NCBI GenBank assembly: GCA_977020255.1
Contig: CDROCS010001028.1
Span: forward strand, 186,001-250,000
DNA from: Obrimoposthia wandeli
Taxonomy: Eukaryota
DNA: 64,000 bases
Direction of reading: 5' to 3'
The stretch's first letter is position 1; every line of letters starts with the position of its first letter. The translations under genes and the position numbers were made by a program. Positions 11,601-20,702 of the stretch are shown here, in pieces. Under the pieces are notes generated by a model. That model ran no database searches, had not been told where the DNA came from, and was given only the letters and a program-made list of their open reading frames with translations.

Positions 11601-11750
11601 ATGTTCGCCCCAAACGGATAAGCTTTTAGCATTTTCTTTGCGATAAAACTGCTTCGATGGGATTCCAAAAATTGACTTGCTCTCTTTGTATTCGCTAAAA
11701 ATACGAGTGAGAAGTTCGCCAAATGGAACGGGACGCATGATGTCTCCCAT
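8607..11750 (-). CDS. ygfK: YgfK Fe-S/flavin oxidoreductase (putative selenate reductase subunit)
   Basis: MGDIMRPVPF start with AAGGAG RBS, GPAAGPHTQL, VKLTNT, GAGPSG, C-terminal CxxCxxCxxxCP clusters. Confidence 0.95.
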   Translation of the reverse strand: MGDIMRPVPFGELLTRIFSEYKESKSIFGIPSKQFYRKENAKSLSVWGEHCETPVGPAAGPHTQLAQNIICSWLAGGRFMELKTVQKLDQLEIAKPCIDAEDECFNTEWSTEFTLVKAYDEYLKAWIALHLLEEVFDPRTEGEDKSFVFNMSVGYDLAGIETAPMQKYIDDMVDSSQHENFHAYIAELTTFINDPAFIKTYGFEQRLTRLENLPASVSTQLTRGVTLSTMHGCPPNEIEAICRYMIADKHINTFVKLNPTLLGYTRVRSIMDNAGFDYISLSEEAFSHDLQIEPAKAMLHRLVALGKETGIGFGVKLTNTLGTLNKKGRLPDKEMYMSGRALFPLSINVALELSREFNGTLPISYSGGASKFNIKEIFETGIRPITMATDLLKPGGYLRLADCAKELETSSEWGMGKVDLVKLEALAAKSLVAEYTQKEWRGPEEISVKKALPLTDCFVAPCVTACPISQDIPEYIRLMGLSQYTEALEVIYSRNALPAITGHICDHQCQYNCTRRDYEGALNIREMKKVALAKGWEGYKAKWHAPDLDNEKHPIAVIGAGPSGLSAAYFMARAGHPVTIFEKEHNAGGVVKNIIPQFRIPAEVIQHDIDFVQDHGVNIEYGCNPHLTVETLKSSGFKYVCLGIGADKGNPMSLTGDNTNVFKSLEFLRSFNDGEFTASPEHAAMHTLGKHVAVVGAGNTAMDSARAALQVDGVETVTVLYRRTLAEMPAYKEEYEEAVEDGVKFMFLTNPEEFNADGTVVARVMKLGEPDEKGRRRPVATDETVELHVDALITAVGEQSNRDALTRIGIPMGEDGWPVVNSETGETSVENVFLMGDASTGPSSIVSAISGGRKAATTILAREAQNDELIVAKLDVQVDDIYARKGEIQVKLIEANTLEIDDHEAFIQQESQRCLECSYVCSKCVDVCPNRANISLPIPGFRDQFQIVHLDAYCNECGNCAQFCPWDSKPYKDKFTLFNLRDDFTNSTNAGFYIEGTEVLVRSEGEIYTFSINEQSQLDMPESLADEATIISYVHAHHSYLLGKVDV

Positions 11751-11869
11751 GATAAATCTCCTTGATGCTGTTCTTTTTGTTATATACAGCCAGCACATTT
11801 CTTCGTGCAATGCGTAGGGCTCAGAAAGTGAGATAAATGCCTTGATTTACCTCGTAATGCATTCAATTG

Positions 11870-11886
11870 AGCAACTACTGAGCCAA
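11870..11886 (-). promoter_or_regulatory. Putative sigma54 (-24/-12) promoter for ygfK-ssnA-xdh
   Basis: Minus strand TTGGCTCAGTAGTTGCT = GG-N10-GC, ~120 bp upstream of the ATG. Confidence 0.6.
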
Positions 11887-12053
11887 ACTTTTAAAACACG
11901 ATAAATAAGGAGGAAATTCGTGACGAATGTCGAAAGAAAGGTAGAGAGTGTGATTTAAGTCAATAAGCTGAATTTTCAGTTAATTAATAATAAAAACAGC
12001 CAATTGAGTATGATTCTTACTACGGTGTTAATTCCTATCAATTTAATAAATCG

Positions 12054-12083
12054 CTATCACTTTGATAATGGCAAAAGTGATAG
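12054..12083. promoter_or_regulatory. Inverted repeat, candidate enhancer-binding-protein site
   Basis: CTATCACTTT-N10-AAAGTGATAG, ~170-200 bp upstream of the sigma54 motif. Confidence 0.35.
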
Positions 12084-12133
12084 TGGGATGATTTGTCATA
12101 CTGGCACTTCCTGTCTACGAGGTGCTCATACAA

Positions 12134-12155
12134 ACCACCTTCTTTAGAAGGTGGT
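12134..12155 (-). terminator. Intrinsic terminator of the large orphan gene
   Basis: ACCACCTTCT-TT-AGAAGGTGGT stem just past the stop codon. Confidence 0.65.
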
Positions 12156-12180
12156 AATTTACTTATGGGTCAATCCTTGC

Positions 12181-15100
12181 TTAAAGCGTCTTAGGTGCGC
12201 CTTTATCTTCAATCGTCTTGCGTGCAAGTTTGGTCATCATGCGTAGTAGCAGACGGCGTAATAATCCGACTTTTTGCGGAGCCATTAAGATACGGCAAAG
12301 TTCGCCCTCATTGCTGTAACCCAATAATAGGCGGAAGCCTAATCGCTGTAAGTGTATGGCTAATACACTATCCGCTTGAGCTTGGTCTGGCTGGAATAAT
12401 TTGATTGGTAACTTAGCACCCAATTCACGTTGCCATTGGCTTGGGTTTGCTAACGCACAACTGGTAGCACTTGGTGAACCGAGTAATAGCTGTTTACCCT
12501 TAATGCGTTTTTCAATAAACGGTCTTAACTGGTTTGGCGCAACGTACCAATGTTTAGGTGTTTTTTCGCTCAGCCGTAGTTCGCAGAATGCCAATTTATT
12601 GTTTTCGCTGTAGCTATAAACATTGACCAAATTGTTCGATAGGCGATGGCCTAGGTTTAACGTGCCGCAAGGGTCTTTAACATCAATAATGTTTAATTCA
12701 TTATCGTGAATGTTAATGCTGCCCATGTGTTGCTGAGTGAGCGCATCATTTTGGTAACGCTCTACCAAATCATCGGTCAGAATAGACCGCATCTCAACCA
12801 CGTGGAAGGTCTTACTTTCAATAATATTGCTTTCACCGTCGACGATATCAATGCGGTAGATGCCAGGTACACACAAGCTCTTGTGCGAGAACGTCCAACC
12901 TACATAGCTTCTACAATCTAGGCTTAGCTCAATATCCCACTCAGATAGATAACCGTCATGAGAATGAATGTATGGATGATGAACGCGAACTTTTAGATTT
13001 ATAGTTTTTGGGAGCTCTTCCTCTGGGCGATCATCGCTGAAGTAACCGATTCTCATCCCAAACGTACGACCCACTTCCGCTTCAATCAGTAACGTTTCTT
13101 TGCGATGTTCTAGCGAGTGAATCGATACAAAACCCTCCTCCTCTGCGGTTTGCTCTTGCTCGGCTGCTTCTATCTGTTCTGGCGTACCACCTTCAGCAAA
13201 AATACCAAAATCAACAACCTCGATTGAATCCGAGTCTTTTTTGCTGTAACGCCCGGCATTAATCTCTGCGATAAGGTCGCGAATACGGCGAGAACTATGG
13301 TTAATGAAGGTCGCAATAAGTGGCTCGTAATTGCCTAATTTCGCCAGTTCAACCAATAAGGCATGGAGGTCTTCAGTGCTTAATTCTTTAGTAAGAGGCG
13401 CAAGTTCAAGTTGATCTGGGAATATATCTAAGCAATCTGTCCAATCTTCTTCAACAATAAATTCAAACAGCTTAATCTTGCTCATTCCTAGGGCGTAAGC
13501 GCGTTCACAGAGCCAACGTTGCTGCGTGGTGTCACTATTACCATGAAGATCCGAAATATCCATCTCTGAGTGATGAATGTAGATTTGCAACAAGTTGTCT
13601 TTTAGAACATCAGCTGTGTACCAGAATAGAAAACCGACTTCGGCTTCACCCCATGGTGTGCAGAAATCTTCGATGTATCGGCTTTCCATGATTTTGACCA
13701 ATTGGTCAACTTGTTCTTTAGTGGCCGTTGTTTTGAGCGACGCATACTGACGAGTAACCTCGATATCGTGCTTCTCTTCATCACTCAACTCACGATCATC
13801 ATGAATGGTATCTTCGATACGTTGTCTCACGCGAAGAGGAATAATGTTGACCAGTGTGTTTTCAAAGTATTCTGGCGCAAGTTCTGGGTTGAATTTATGC
13901 AGCTGCGCCATGAAGATCTGAGTGCAATGTTGCAAGATCACTTTCAATGCTTGATGCAACACACGCTGTTCTTCTGGCAAGGCCATTTCGTCTTGGTACT
14001 GCTTAAACAAGAGGGCAAATACCACGTGATAGTCAGCACCGCTTGGGACTTCGCTAATTAGATTCTCAACCATATAGGCAGTGGCACCAACATCGGTAAT
14101 GCCAGCCATCTGATTGACTAGCTTTTGGTTTTGTTGGTGAAGTTCGTCTGCGTCTACATTGCCAAAGCGAGAGATGTTGTAGAAGTAAGCCAGCATTCGA
14201 CATGTTTTGGTCGGTGCAATACGTAGCCAAAGCTCGACAAATCGTTCAGCAAATTTCTGAATTGGCGACTCAGCATGTTTTGATAATACCTGTGCCGCGA
14301 GTAGCAGTTTTTGCGCTTTGTTATCGTAATCGCGCAAGTAGCAGTAGCGCGGTTGAACGCGAAATAGATCTGTGTCTTTATCACTACGTCGATGATACTT
14401 CTCAAAATTAACCAGTGCAGCTTCAGTATCGTCATGTTCACCATTGAAGTATTGCTCGACCACCAGCCAATCTTGTTTGATTTGGTTAAGAACTGCGGCC
14501 TCTGGTTCTTCGTATTGCCATTCTGGCACTTTTGGCGCGCAGACAAATTCACTATTTTGGGCTATTGAGTCATAAACCGCGGCGACTAGGTGTTCATTTA
14601 GAACAGTCAATACGTATTGATTGAGTGTGTCTTTAGTACCGTTTAGCTGGTCAAAGTGCGCAATGGAGGCACACAAGCCGAGAATGGTTTCTCGCGGTTG
14701 CTCTTGCGGAAATTCTGGGTGCTCTTGAGGGAAGTCGCCATTTTCAATGATTTTTTTTACTTCATCACGATGCTCAAGTGACATCTTGTATAACGTTGTC
14801 GCTTCGCTTAACTCGACATTGCTGCTGTAACCCGAGAATGATTCTACGCAGTGGAAAAACAGCGCTTTCCAATCGCCGTTATAACGCGTCATGAACTCTT
14901 TATCGCTAAAGAATTCGTATTCGTTAACCATTTTGTCTATGAAGTTTGGATCAAAGCCTTGCTTGTTGTTCCAACAGTAGATGACATCCAACATGCGGAA
15001 CAGCTTAAAGCGCTCTTCCGCTTCGTTTGGCTCTTCATCATCGTCGCCATTAAGTGTCCAGTCTGCGATTAAGTCATAAATAATATGTTCAAGTTCACTG

Positions 15101-16341
15101 TCGAAGGATTCATAGTGACCAACGAAATAGTTGATTTTCCCCGCCAGTTTGTAATTACCTGCTTTCATCAGCGCAGAAGCATCACATGGCTCAATTTGGT
15201 CGAGAATGTCCGGGTTATCACCGGTGATGACGTGATCCCAAACTTGTCGGCCGTTGTCGAACTCTTCGCATACGAACGCTTTCCACTGTTCAATGCCTGT
15301 GCCCCAGATGTAATAGATATCGCTGTGTTCGTCCTCTTCTTCCTCTTTATCTTCAACAATTTGACGACCTAAATAGTCTTCAATTTCGATTTTCAGATCG
15401 GCGGCGGCATCATCGGCTGAGCCATCAATGAACATCGCTTTGCTCATGGCCTCACCCTTTTCATCTAAGTCGTAGCATTCTGTACCGCTATCGGTTTCGA
15501 CAAGAGACAGAACGATGCTGCGTATAGGATCTTCGTTGTAGTTACGCGGGTCATCGGTGTATTGCAGATAATCTAGCGCAGCAAAGCGCTCCTTGAGCAT
15601 TTGCTTGAATGTGGCAAATTCTTCTGGTTGGCTACGGAAAGTTTCAAGTAAAGACTGTGATTGGTTCTGCCCCATCGCATCGTTTTGTTCATCGTATGAG
15701 GTGGCTGCTAACGTGAACATCTTGGCGCGCGCCATGTGGTTGTCGCAGTAGCAGAAGGCTTTGAGCATGTAGTGGCTGTAACCGTGATGGCTAACTACGA
15801 TAGCAAGAACCTCTTCACCGAATGGTGCATGCTCCGTATCCCAGTAAGGCACAATGTAGCTGGCTAAAAGATAAGTGTATTGAGGGTATTTTAACGCCAA
15901 CATAAACATTGGGGTTAAGCCCAATACTTCGGTATCAGAAATCCACATACCTGATGAATCATTAACGCGGCGAGAAACGGTATTCAGCATGATTGCGGTC
16001 TGTTCGAGTTCAGCTTCTAATTCTGGGTGCAGTAAAGCACGCATGAAGAATGCCGTCTCTGGATCCACGCAGCGATCATTGAGCTTTTGTTCAGAAGAGA
16101 GTTTTTCAACATCTCTACCGTAGAAGGTAAAAATGGTTTTAGCGACAGAGTCTTCAAGCAAGTCAGCAATGCTGTCATCACTATTCTCTTCTAGGGCGAA
16201 AGTAACGTGGCAATGAAAATCGTAGAACGCACCTTCGTGCTGAATAAGCTGCCGATAAGACTGCAGACCTTGGCGTAGTGATTCAACATTTTTAGGGTTG
16301 TAGGAGATAGTTAGAGCTGAGGGATTTTCTAATACAGACAT
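12181..16341 (-). CDS. Large acidic protein of unknown function (possible C-terminal DUF3859-like and DUF4241-like domains)
   Basis: Uninterrupted 1386-aa ORF, very Asp/Glu-rich; TFGMRIGY...VHHP...IESKTFHV and GSINI...D.KDP...ELRLSEKTPKHW segments resemble those DUFs by eye. Confidence 0.8.
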   Translation of the reverse strand: MSVLENPSALTISYNPKNVESLRQGLQSYRQLIQHEGAFYDFHCHVTFALEENSDDSIADLLEDSVAKTIFTFYGRDVEKLSSEQKLNDRCVDPETAFFMRALLHPELEAELEQTAIMLNTVSRRVNDSSGMWISDTEVLGLTPMFMLALKYPQYTYLLASYIVPYWDTEHAPFGEEVLAIVVSHHGYSHYMLKAFCYCDNHMARAKMFTLAATSYDEQNDAMGQNQSQSLLETFRSQPEEFATFKQMLKERFAALDYLQYTDDPRNYNEDPIRSIVLSLVETDSGTECYDLDEKGEAMSKAMFIDGSADDAAADLKIEIEDYLGRQIVEDKEEEEDEHSDIYYIWGTGIEQWKAFVCEEFDNGRQVWDHVITGDNPDILDQIEPCDASALMKAGNYKLAGKINYFVGHYESFDSELEHIIYDLIADWTLNGDDDEEPNEAEERFKLFRMLDVIYCWNNKQGFDPNFIDKMVNEYEFFSDKEFMTRYNGDWKALFFHCVESFSGYSSNVELSEATTLYKMSLEHRDEVKKIIENGDFPQEHPEFPQEQPRETILGLCASIAHFDQLNGTKDTLNQYVLTVLNEHLVAAVYDSIAQNSEFVCAPKVPEWQYEEPEAAVLNQIKQDWLVVEQYFNGEHDDTEAALVNFEKYHRRSDKDTDLFRVQPRYCYLRDYDNKAQKLLLAAQVLSKHAESPIQKFAERFVELWLRIAPTKTCRMLAYFYNISRFGNVDADELHQQNQKLVNQMAGITDVGATAYMVENLISEVPSGADYHVVFALLFKQYQDEMALPEEQRVLHQALKVILQHCTQIFMAQLHKFNPELAPEYFENTLVNIIPLRVRQRIEDTIHDDRELSDEEKHDIEVTRQYASLKTTATKEQVDQLVKIMESRYIEDFCTPWGEAEVGFLFWYTADVLKDNLLQIYIHHSEMDISDLHGNSDTTQQRWLCERAYALGMSKIKLFEFIVEEDWTDCLDIFPDQLELAPLTKELSTEDLHALLVELAKLGNYEPLIATFINHSSRRIRDLIAEINAGRYSKKDSDSIEVVDFGIFAEGGTPEQIEAAEQEQTAEEEGFVSIHSLEHRKETLLIEAEVGRTFGMRIGYFSDDRPEEELPKTINLKVRVHHPYIHSHDGYLSEWDIELSLDCRSYVGWTFSHKSLCVPGIYRIDIVDGESNIIESKTFHVVEMRSILTDDLVERYQNDALTQQHMGSINIHDNELNIIDVKDPCGTLNLGHRLSNNLVNVYSYSENNKLAFCELRLSEKTPKHWYVAPNQLRPFIEKRIKGKQLLLGSPSATSCALANPSQWQRELGAKLPIKLFQPDQAQADSVLAIHLQRLGFRLLLGYSNEGELCRILMAPQKVGLLRRLLLRMMTKLARKTIEDKGAPKTL

Positions 16342-16645
16342 AATTTAGACACAGTGATATAAACTTCGGCTAGAATAGGGCCACACCGTGCCTATGTCAT
16401 TGTAAATATGTATTAAATATTAAAACTGTGATCGTTAGCCAAGGGTGAAATCGTGAATGTTTTTCAGTCAAATTTATGATTGAATTGACGATCTCAAGAA
16501 TCGATAGAGTTTGTATCTATTTTATCGCCATAATTTTTTGTTATCATTTTTATAAATAATGATAATTTTAAGAAATCAAAAGATAATCATATACTCATCC
16601 CATCAAAACGAACAATGAATCAATTATCTGAATCTGGGGCAAATT

Positions 16646-17131
16646 ATGAAAATGAATCATGTCGGTATTATGGTGGGTGACATGGATAAAGCTGTTGAGT
16701 TTTATACCAATGCTCTTGGCCTTAAAGTAGTAATGGGCAATACCAAAGTTGAAGAAGAGCGCGAAACAGCAATCGGTAGAATGTGTGTGGCCGTTTTTGG
16801 CGAAGGTTTTAAAGGCTTTAACATTGCACACCTAGTCACTACTGATGGTATTGGTGTTGAGCTATTTGAAATGAAAGAGCGCCAAGAGCGTCACGACGTT
16901 GATTTCTCTCGAATCGGTATTTTCCACTTCTGCCTTCAAACTGATGACTTCCATGGTGTTATTGAACGCACTGAAAAATTTGGCGGTAAAGTACGCATGG
17001 ATATTATGCGTTATCACCCAGAAGATGATAACAATCAAGCTAAAATGGTGTATCTAGAAGACCCGTTCGGTAACCTATTTGAGCTTTACTCGCATACTTA
17101 TGAAGAAACTTATGCCTCTGAGTATGAGTAA
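16646..17131 (+). CDS. VOC/glyoxalase family protein
   Basis: NHVGIMV, VELFE, FHFC, YLEDPFGNLFEL metal-binding motifs. Confidence 0.9.
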   Translation: MKMNHVGIMVGDMDKAVEFYTNALGLKVVMGNTKVEEERETAIGRMCVAVFGEGFKGFNIAHLVTTDGIGVELFEMKERQERHDVDFSRIGIFHFCLQTDDFHGVIERTEKFGGKVRMDIMRYHPEDDNNQAKMVYLEDPFGNLFELYSHTYEETYASEYE

Positions 17132-17154
17132 TTAATAACGCAAAGAACAATGAT

Positions 17155-17184
17155 AAGGGTTGGCCATAGTGCCAGCCCTTTTTT
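17155..17184 (+). terminator. Intrinsic terminator
   Basis: AAGGGTTGGC/GCCAGCCCTT stem followed by a T-tract. Confidence 0.75.
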
Positions 17185-17314
17185 GTGCTGCCTTTGCTTG
17201 AATTCAATCAGCTACTTTGGTTAGCGTGAATCCCCCCTAATGGAGTAAAACCTACATTCACTTGGGACTAATAAAACACGTCACTCCTCGAAAAATGAGA
17301 TCTAATAAAGCGTA

Positions 17315-17416
17315 TGTTTGCCAGATTAACTCTCGAGCTTTCAAGCCAACATCACCAGTCAAAACTTGATAACGATACTTCGTTACAAAAACGAAATGGT
17401 ACTGAATTTTGGAGAC
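17315..17416 (-). mobile_element. IS200/IS605 tnpA (Y1 transposase) 5' remnant
   Basis: Minus frame reads KIQYHFVFVTKYRYQVLTGDVGLKARELI, a typical IS200 N-terminus; no start codon, truncated. Confidence 0.75.
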
Positions 17417-17629
17417 TTAGAGAATCGCACGAACGACTAGGCTATGAGCATACTCAGGGCTACCACACGAACAGAGAAAAACTTAAGCGAGGTGCGGTTA
17501 ACTTGTGTAATTTCAGGATTATATGCTGAAAAAGTCATCAGACCGCTGTTTAATAGGGAGCGCTATCCGTATACTAAATACGCATTACGAATATAAGCAG
17601 TACGTGTTTATTATAAAAAGGAAATTTTC

Positions 17630-19489
17630 TTGAAGTTATTGAAACATAAAATAATATGCGGCTGTATAGCTGCTTGCGCTGTCATGACTGTATCTCTGAC
17701 CATTTCTTCTGCTAATAGCATTGATGAACTAACCGAAATTGGCATTAATTCTAGAGCAAACATTGCATCAGATCTTGTCTCTAAAAACTTGAGTGATTGG
17801 GTTGAAACGAAAAAAAGAGCTTTAGACTCTACTTCATTTAAGGGCAACATTAGTGACTCACTTAAGCAGAGTAAAATTTCTGGCGACTTTGATGCTGTGT
17901 ATGTGGGGGGAGAAGATGGCCTCTATATAGCCACATATGACGAGCCAGTAAGTAGCTCGTATGACCCAAGAACTAGAGGCTGGTACCAATCTGCAAAGTC
18001 GCAAGGGAAAGCGATTATAACCTCCGCCTATATGGGTTCGACGAACAAAATGCTCATGGTTACAATGGCCAAGCCTATATCAATGAGTAATAACTCTTCA
18101 GGGGTTATTGGGGTAGATATTCTGATTGACACACTAATCCAAGACATAACCTCTATTGATGTTGGCAAAAATGCTAAAGTCATGCTGATTGACGGGGAGA
18201 ATAATACCTTTCTAGCTCACTCTAAAAAGTCGATGGTTCTATCTAAAATTCAAAACTACACTCCTGAATTTACTGACTCAGTTATTAAGTCGAGAGATGC
18301 TATCAATATAAAAATACAGGGGGAAGAGAAAAGGATTTCTTTCAAGAAGATACCTAATACCAATTGGTTTGTAGCTGTCGAGTTTGATATGGCGACTGAA
18401 GAAGGATTTCATGATCAGTCTATTATCAATCTGATTATCGTATCTATAATCGTATCCCTTTTGGCTTGCGCTCTTGTTACTTTTGTTATCTCTTCCCTAT
18501 TTGCAAGAATTAATGGCGTAGCTGTAGCGCTTGAAGAAATTGTTTCTGGCGATGGCGATTTAACTAAGAAGATCAATATTCAAAAAGATGATGAGATTGG
18601 TAAGCTAGCTATGGGCGTTAATCGTTTCATTGATAATCTTAATGTGATGATTACTAGAATAGGCGTTATCTCGAAAAGTCTAAATCATCAGGCTGAAGAA
18701 GTGGCTGCTGGAGCATTAGAAAGAAGCCAGCAAATCAGCACGCAGCAAGATGAGATAAATATGGTTGCTACAGCGATAAACGAGATGGCGATGGCGACTC
18801 AAGAGATTTCTAGTAATGCCGAGTCAACATCTTCAAACTCGGTTAGCGCAGTGGCAAACGCTGAAGACGGAGCGAAACAGGTATCAAAGACTCAGCAATC
18901 TATATCTAACCTAGAGTCTAATGTCCAAGAGTCTGTTGATATCATCAAAGATCTTGAGACGCACGGAAATTCAATTAATACCATTCTATCTACCATTCAG
19001 GGGATTGCAGAGCAGACTAACCTACTAGCTCTAAATGCAGCTATTGAAGCAGCAAGAGCTGGGGAACAAGGGCGAGGCTTTGCCGTTGTTGCTGATGAAG
19101 TTCGCGTTCTTAGTCAAAACACTCAGAAATCTACTCAAGAGATACATCAGATGATCGAGACCCTACAATCTACGACCAAAGAAGCTGTCCGAATTATGGG
19201 CGAGAGTAGCAACCTTGCTATTAGCAGTGTTAGTGACTCCAACGACGCAGCATCTAGCCTTTCTGAAATCAAAGAGTCAATTCAGCAAATCAGCGATATG
19301 TCGGCTCAAATTGCTACAGCGGCAGAAGAGCAGTCAGCGGTTACTGACGAGATAACGAAGAATACTCAGGGGATTAGAGACGTATCTGATTCTTTGGCTA
19401 TTAGAGCTACTGAGGCAGCAGAGCAAGCGAGTGATCTATCTAGTTTGGCTGGTGAATTATCAGATCAGGTAGGACAATTTAAGGTTTAA
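17630..19489 (+). CDS. Methyl-accepting chemotaxis protein with dCache sensor
   Basis: TM-dCache(YDPRTRGWY)-TM-HAMP; [34 protein letters not shown]. Confidence 0.95.
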   Translation: MKLLKHKIICGCIAACAVMTVSLTISSANSIDELTEIGINSRANIASDLVSKNLSDWVETKKRALDSTSFKGNISDSLKQSKISGDFDAVYVGGEDGLYIATYDEPVSSSYDPRTRGWYQSAKSQGKAIITSAYMGSTNKMLMVTMAKPISMSNNSSGVIGVDILIDTLIQDITSIDVGKNAKVMLIDGENNTFLAHSKKSMVLSKIQNYTPEFTDSVIKSRDAINIKIQGEEKRISFKKIPNTNWFVAVEFDMATEEGFHDQSIINLIIVSIIVSLLACALVTFVISSLFARINGVAVALEEIVSGDGDLTKKINIQKDDEIGKLAMGVNRFIDNLNVMITRIGVISKSLNHQAEEVAAGALERSQQISTQQDEINMVATAINEMAMATQEISSNAESTSSNSVSAVANAEDGAKQVSKTQQSISNLESNVQESVDIIKDLETHGNSINTILSTIQGIAEQTNLLALNAAIEAARAGEQGRGFAVVADEVRVLSQNTQKSTQEIHQMIETLQSTTKEAVRIMGESSNLAISSVSDSNDAASSLSEIKESIQQISDMSAQIATAAEEQSAVTDEITKNTQGIRDVSDSLAIRATEAAEQASDLSSLAGELSDQVGQFKV

Positions 19490-19501
19490 CAGGTAAAAAT
19501 A

Positions 19502-19531
19502 AGCCGTATGCAGAGTGCTTTGCATACGGCT
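19502..19531. terminator. Hairpin after the MCP gene
   Basis: AGCCGTATGCA...TGCATACGGCT 11-bp stem. Confidence 0.55.
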
Positions 19532-19620
19532 GAATCAATTTGAAAAATTCGACAAGTTTAAGTATTACTACTTAATAAATAGAAAGCAGCCCTCTCTAAC
19601 TGTATTCAGATCTATGTGTC

Positions 19621-19770
19621 ATGCTGCTTGCTATGAGCGAAAAAGAATTAACACAAATAGATGCATCAAGATTGCTCAACTTAACGCGAAGACACATTCA
19701 ACGGTTAGTTAATCAATACCGGTACAGCGCTGCATTAGACTTAGTTTCATTACATCGAGGAAAACCCAGT
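19621..19770 (+). mobile_element. ISNCY/IS481-like transposase N-terminal HTH remnant
   Basis: MLLAMSEKE...LNLTRRHIQRLVNQYR...RGKPS; internally deleted and truncated. Confidence 0.65.
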
Positions 19771-19896
19771 AAGTTAATGACCATCACTCTCTCTCCCACT
19801 TATCAATTAATTGCTTATTAATTGCCACCATAATCATAGCCTGACGAGACGCTATGGGGTGGGATGGTTCATTACATTAAAGCCTGTAGATATAGG

Positions 19897-19937
19897 AAAA
19901 ACACCAATATGCTTCAAAACAGTATTGGTGTTTTTTT
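19897..19937. terminator. Bidirectional terminator downstream of nanR
   Basis: AAAAACACCAATA...TATTGGTGTTTTT. Confidence 0.75.
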
Positions 19938-19945
19938 GAGAGCTA

Positions 19946-20650
19946 TTACGCGTTATTCATCACATTATCGAGGTGATGGCGCATTTCACGTTCAGCAAGA
20001 TCAGGGTTGCCTTGCTGAATGGCTTTGAAGATTTCGACATGGTGCTCGCAACTAATCTGATGCAGCTTAGCAAATGTTTCTGGGTTTCGAGAGCGAATCA
20101 ACCACTGTACTAAGGATTCATAAATCGTAGTCACCATTGGATTACCCAAAATTTCAGTAATCGTACGGTGGAATGCAATATCCGTGTCGATAAAACGATC
20201 ATAATTATCGACTTGCGCTAAGTTGTTTTCTAACGCAACAGAAAGCTTTTCAACATCTTCTTCAGTTCTGACTCGAGCAGCTTCACGTACCACAGCGATT
20301 TCAAACAATTGTCTAAGATGTTCGAACTGCATCTTCTCTTTATCTTGTGACAATAAACCAATAGCAATACCTGATAGACCACTAACGATCGTTTGAGTAC
20401 AAGGACGAGTAACACGCGTCTTTTCGCCACTATTGATTTCAACTAAGCCTTTTTGAGACAGTTTTTGCAAGGCTTCACGAACAGACGGACGCCCCACGCC
20501 AAACGCAGTCATAAGCTCTCTTTCTGAAGGCAAAACATCACCTTCTTTAAACGTGTTATCTAAAATTAATCTTTCGATTTCATCGGTCACAAAATCCGAA
20601 AGCTTAACCTTCTTTAGGGGTTTCAGTGTTAAATTGTCAAGCGTTGACAT
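19946..20650 (-). CDS. nanR: GntR/FadR-family regulator, NanR-like
   Basis: LPSERELM..FGVGRPSVREAL..L..KGLVEINSGEKTRV.RP and FEHLRQLFE closely parallel E. coli NanR. Confidence 0.8.
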   Translation of the reverse strand: MSTLDNLTLKPLKKVKLSDFVTDEIERLILDNTFKEGDVLPSERELMTAFGVGRPSVREALQKLSQKGLVEINSGEKTRVTRPCTQTIVSGLSGIAIGLLSQDKEKMQFEHLRQLFEIAVVREAARVRTEEDVEKLSVALENNLAQVDNYDRFIDTDIAFHRTITEILGNPMVTTIYESLVQWLIRSRNPETFAKLHQISCEHHVEIFKAIQQGNPDLAEREMRHHLDNVMNNA

Positions 20651-20702
20651 AACCAATCCTTATTAGCACATTGCTGTGTTAAGTGCATAATATCTTAAAA
20701 CT

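Noticed and set aside
3687-11750. Selenocysteine (UGA) recoding in ygfK/xdh genes
   Set aside because: All ORFs are full length without in-frame TGA; Se in this enzyme class is a labile cofactor, not Sec
17225-17275. TGAATCCCCCC segment as an IS3-type inverted repeat
   Set aside because: No partner repeat or transposase was found; the resemblance is too weak
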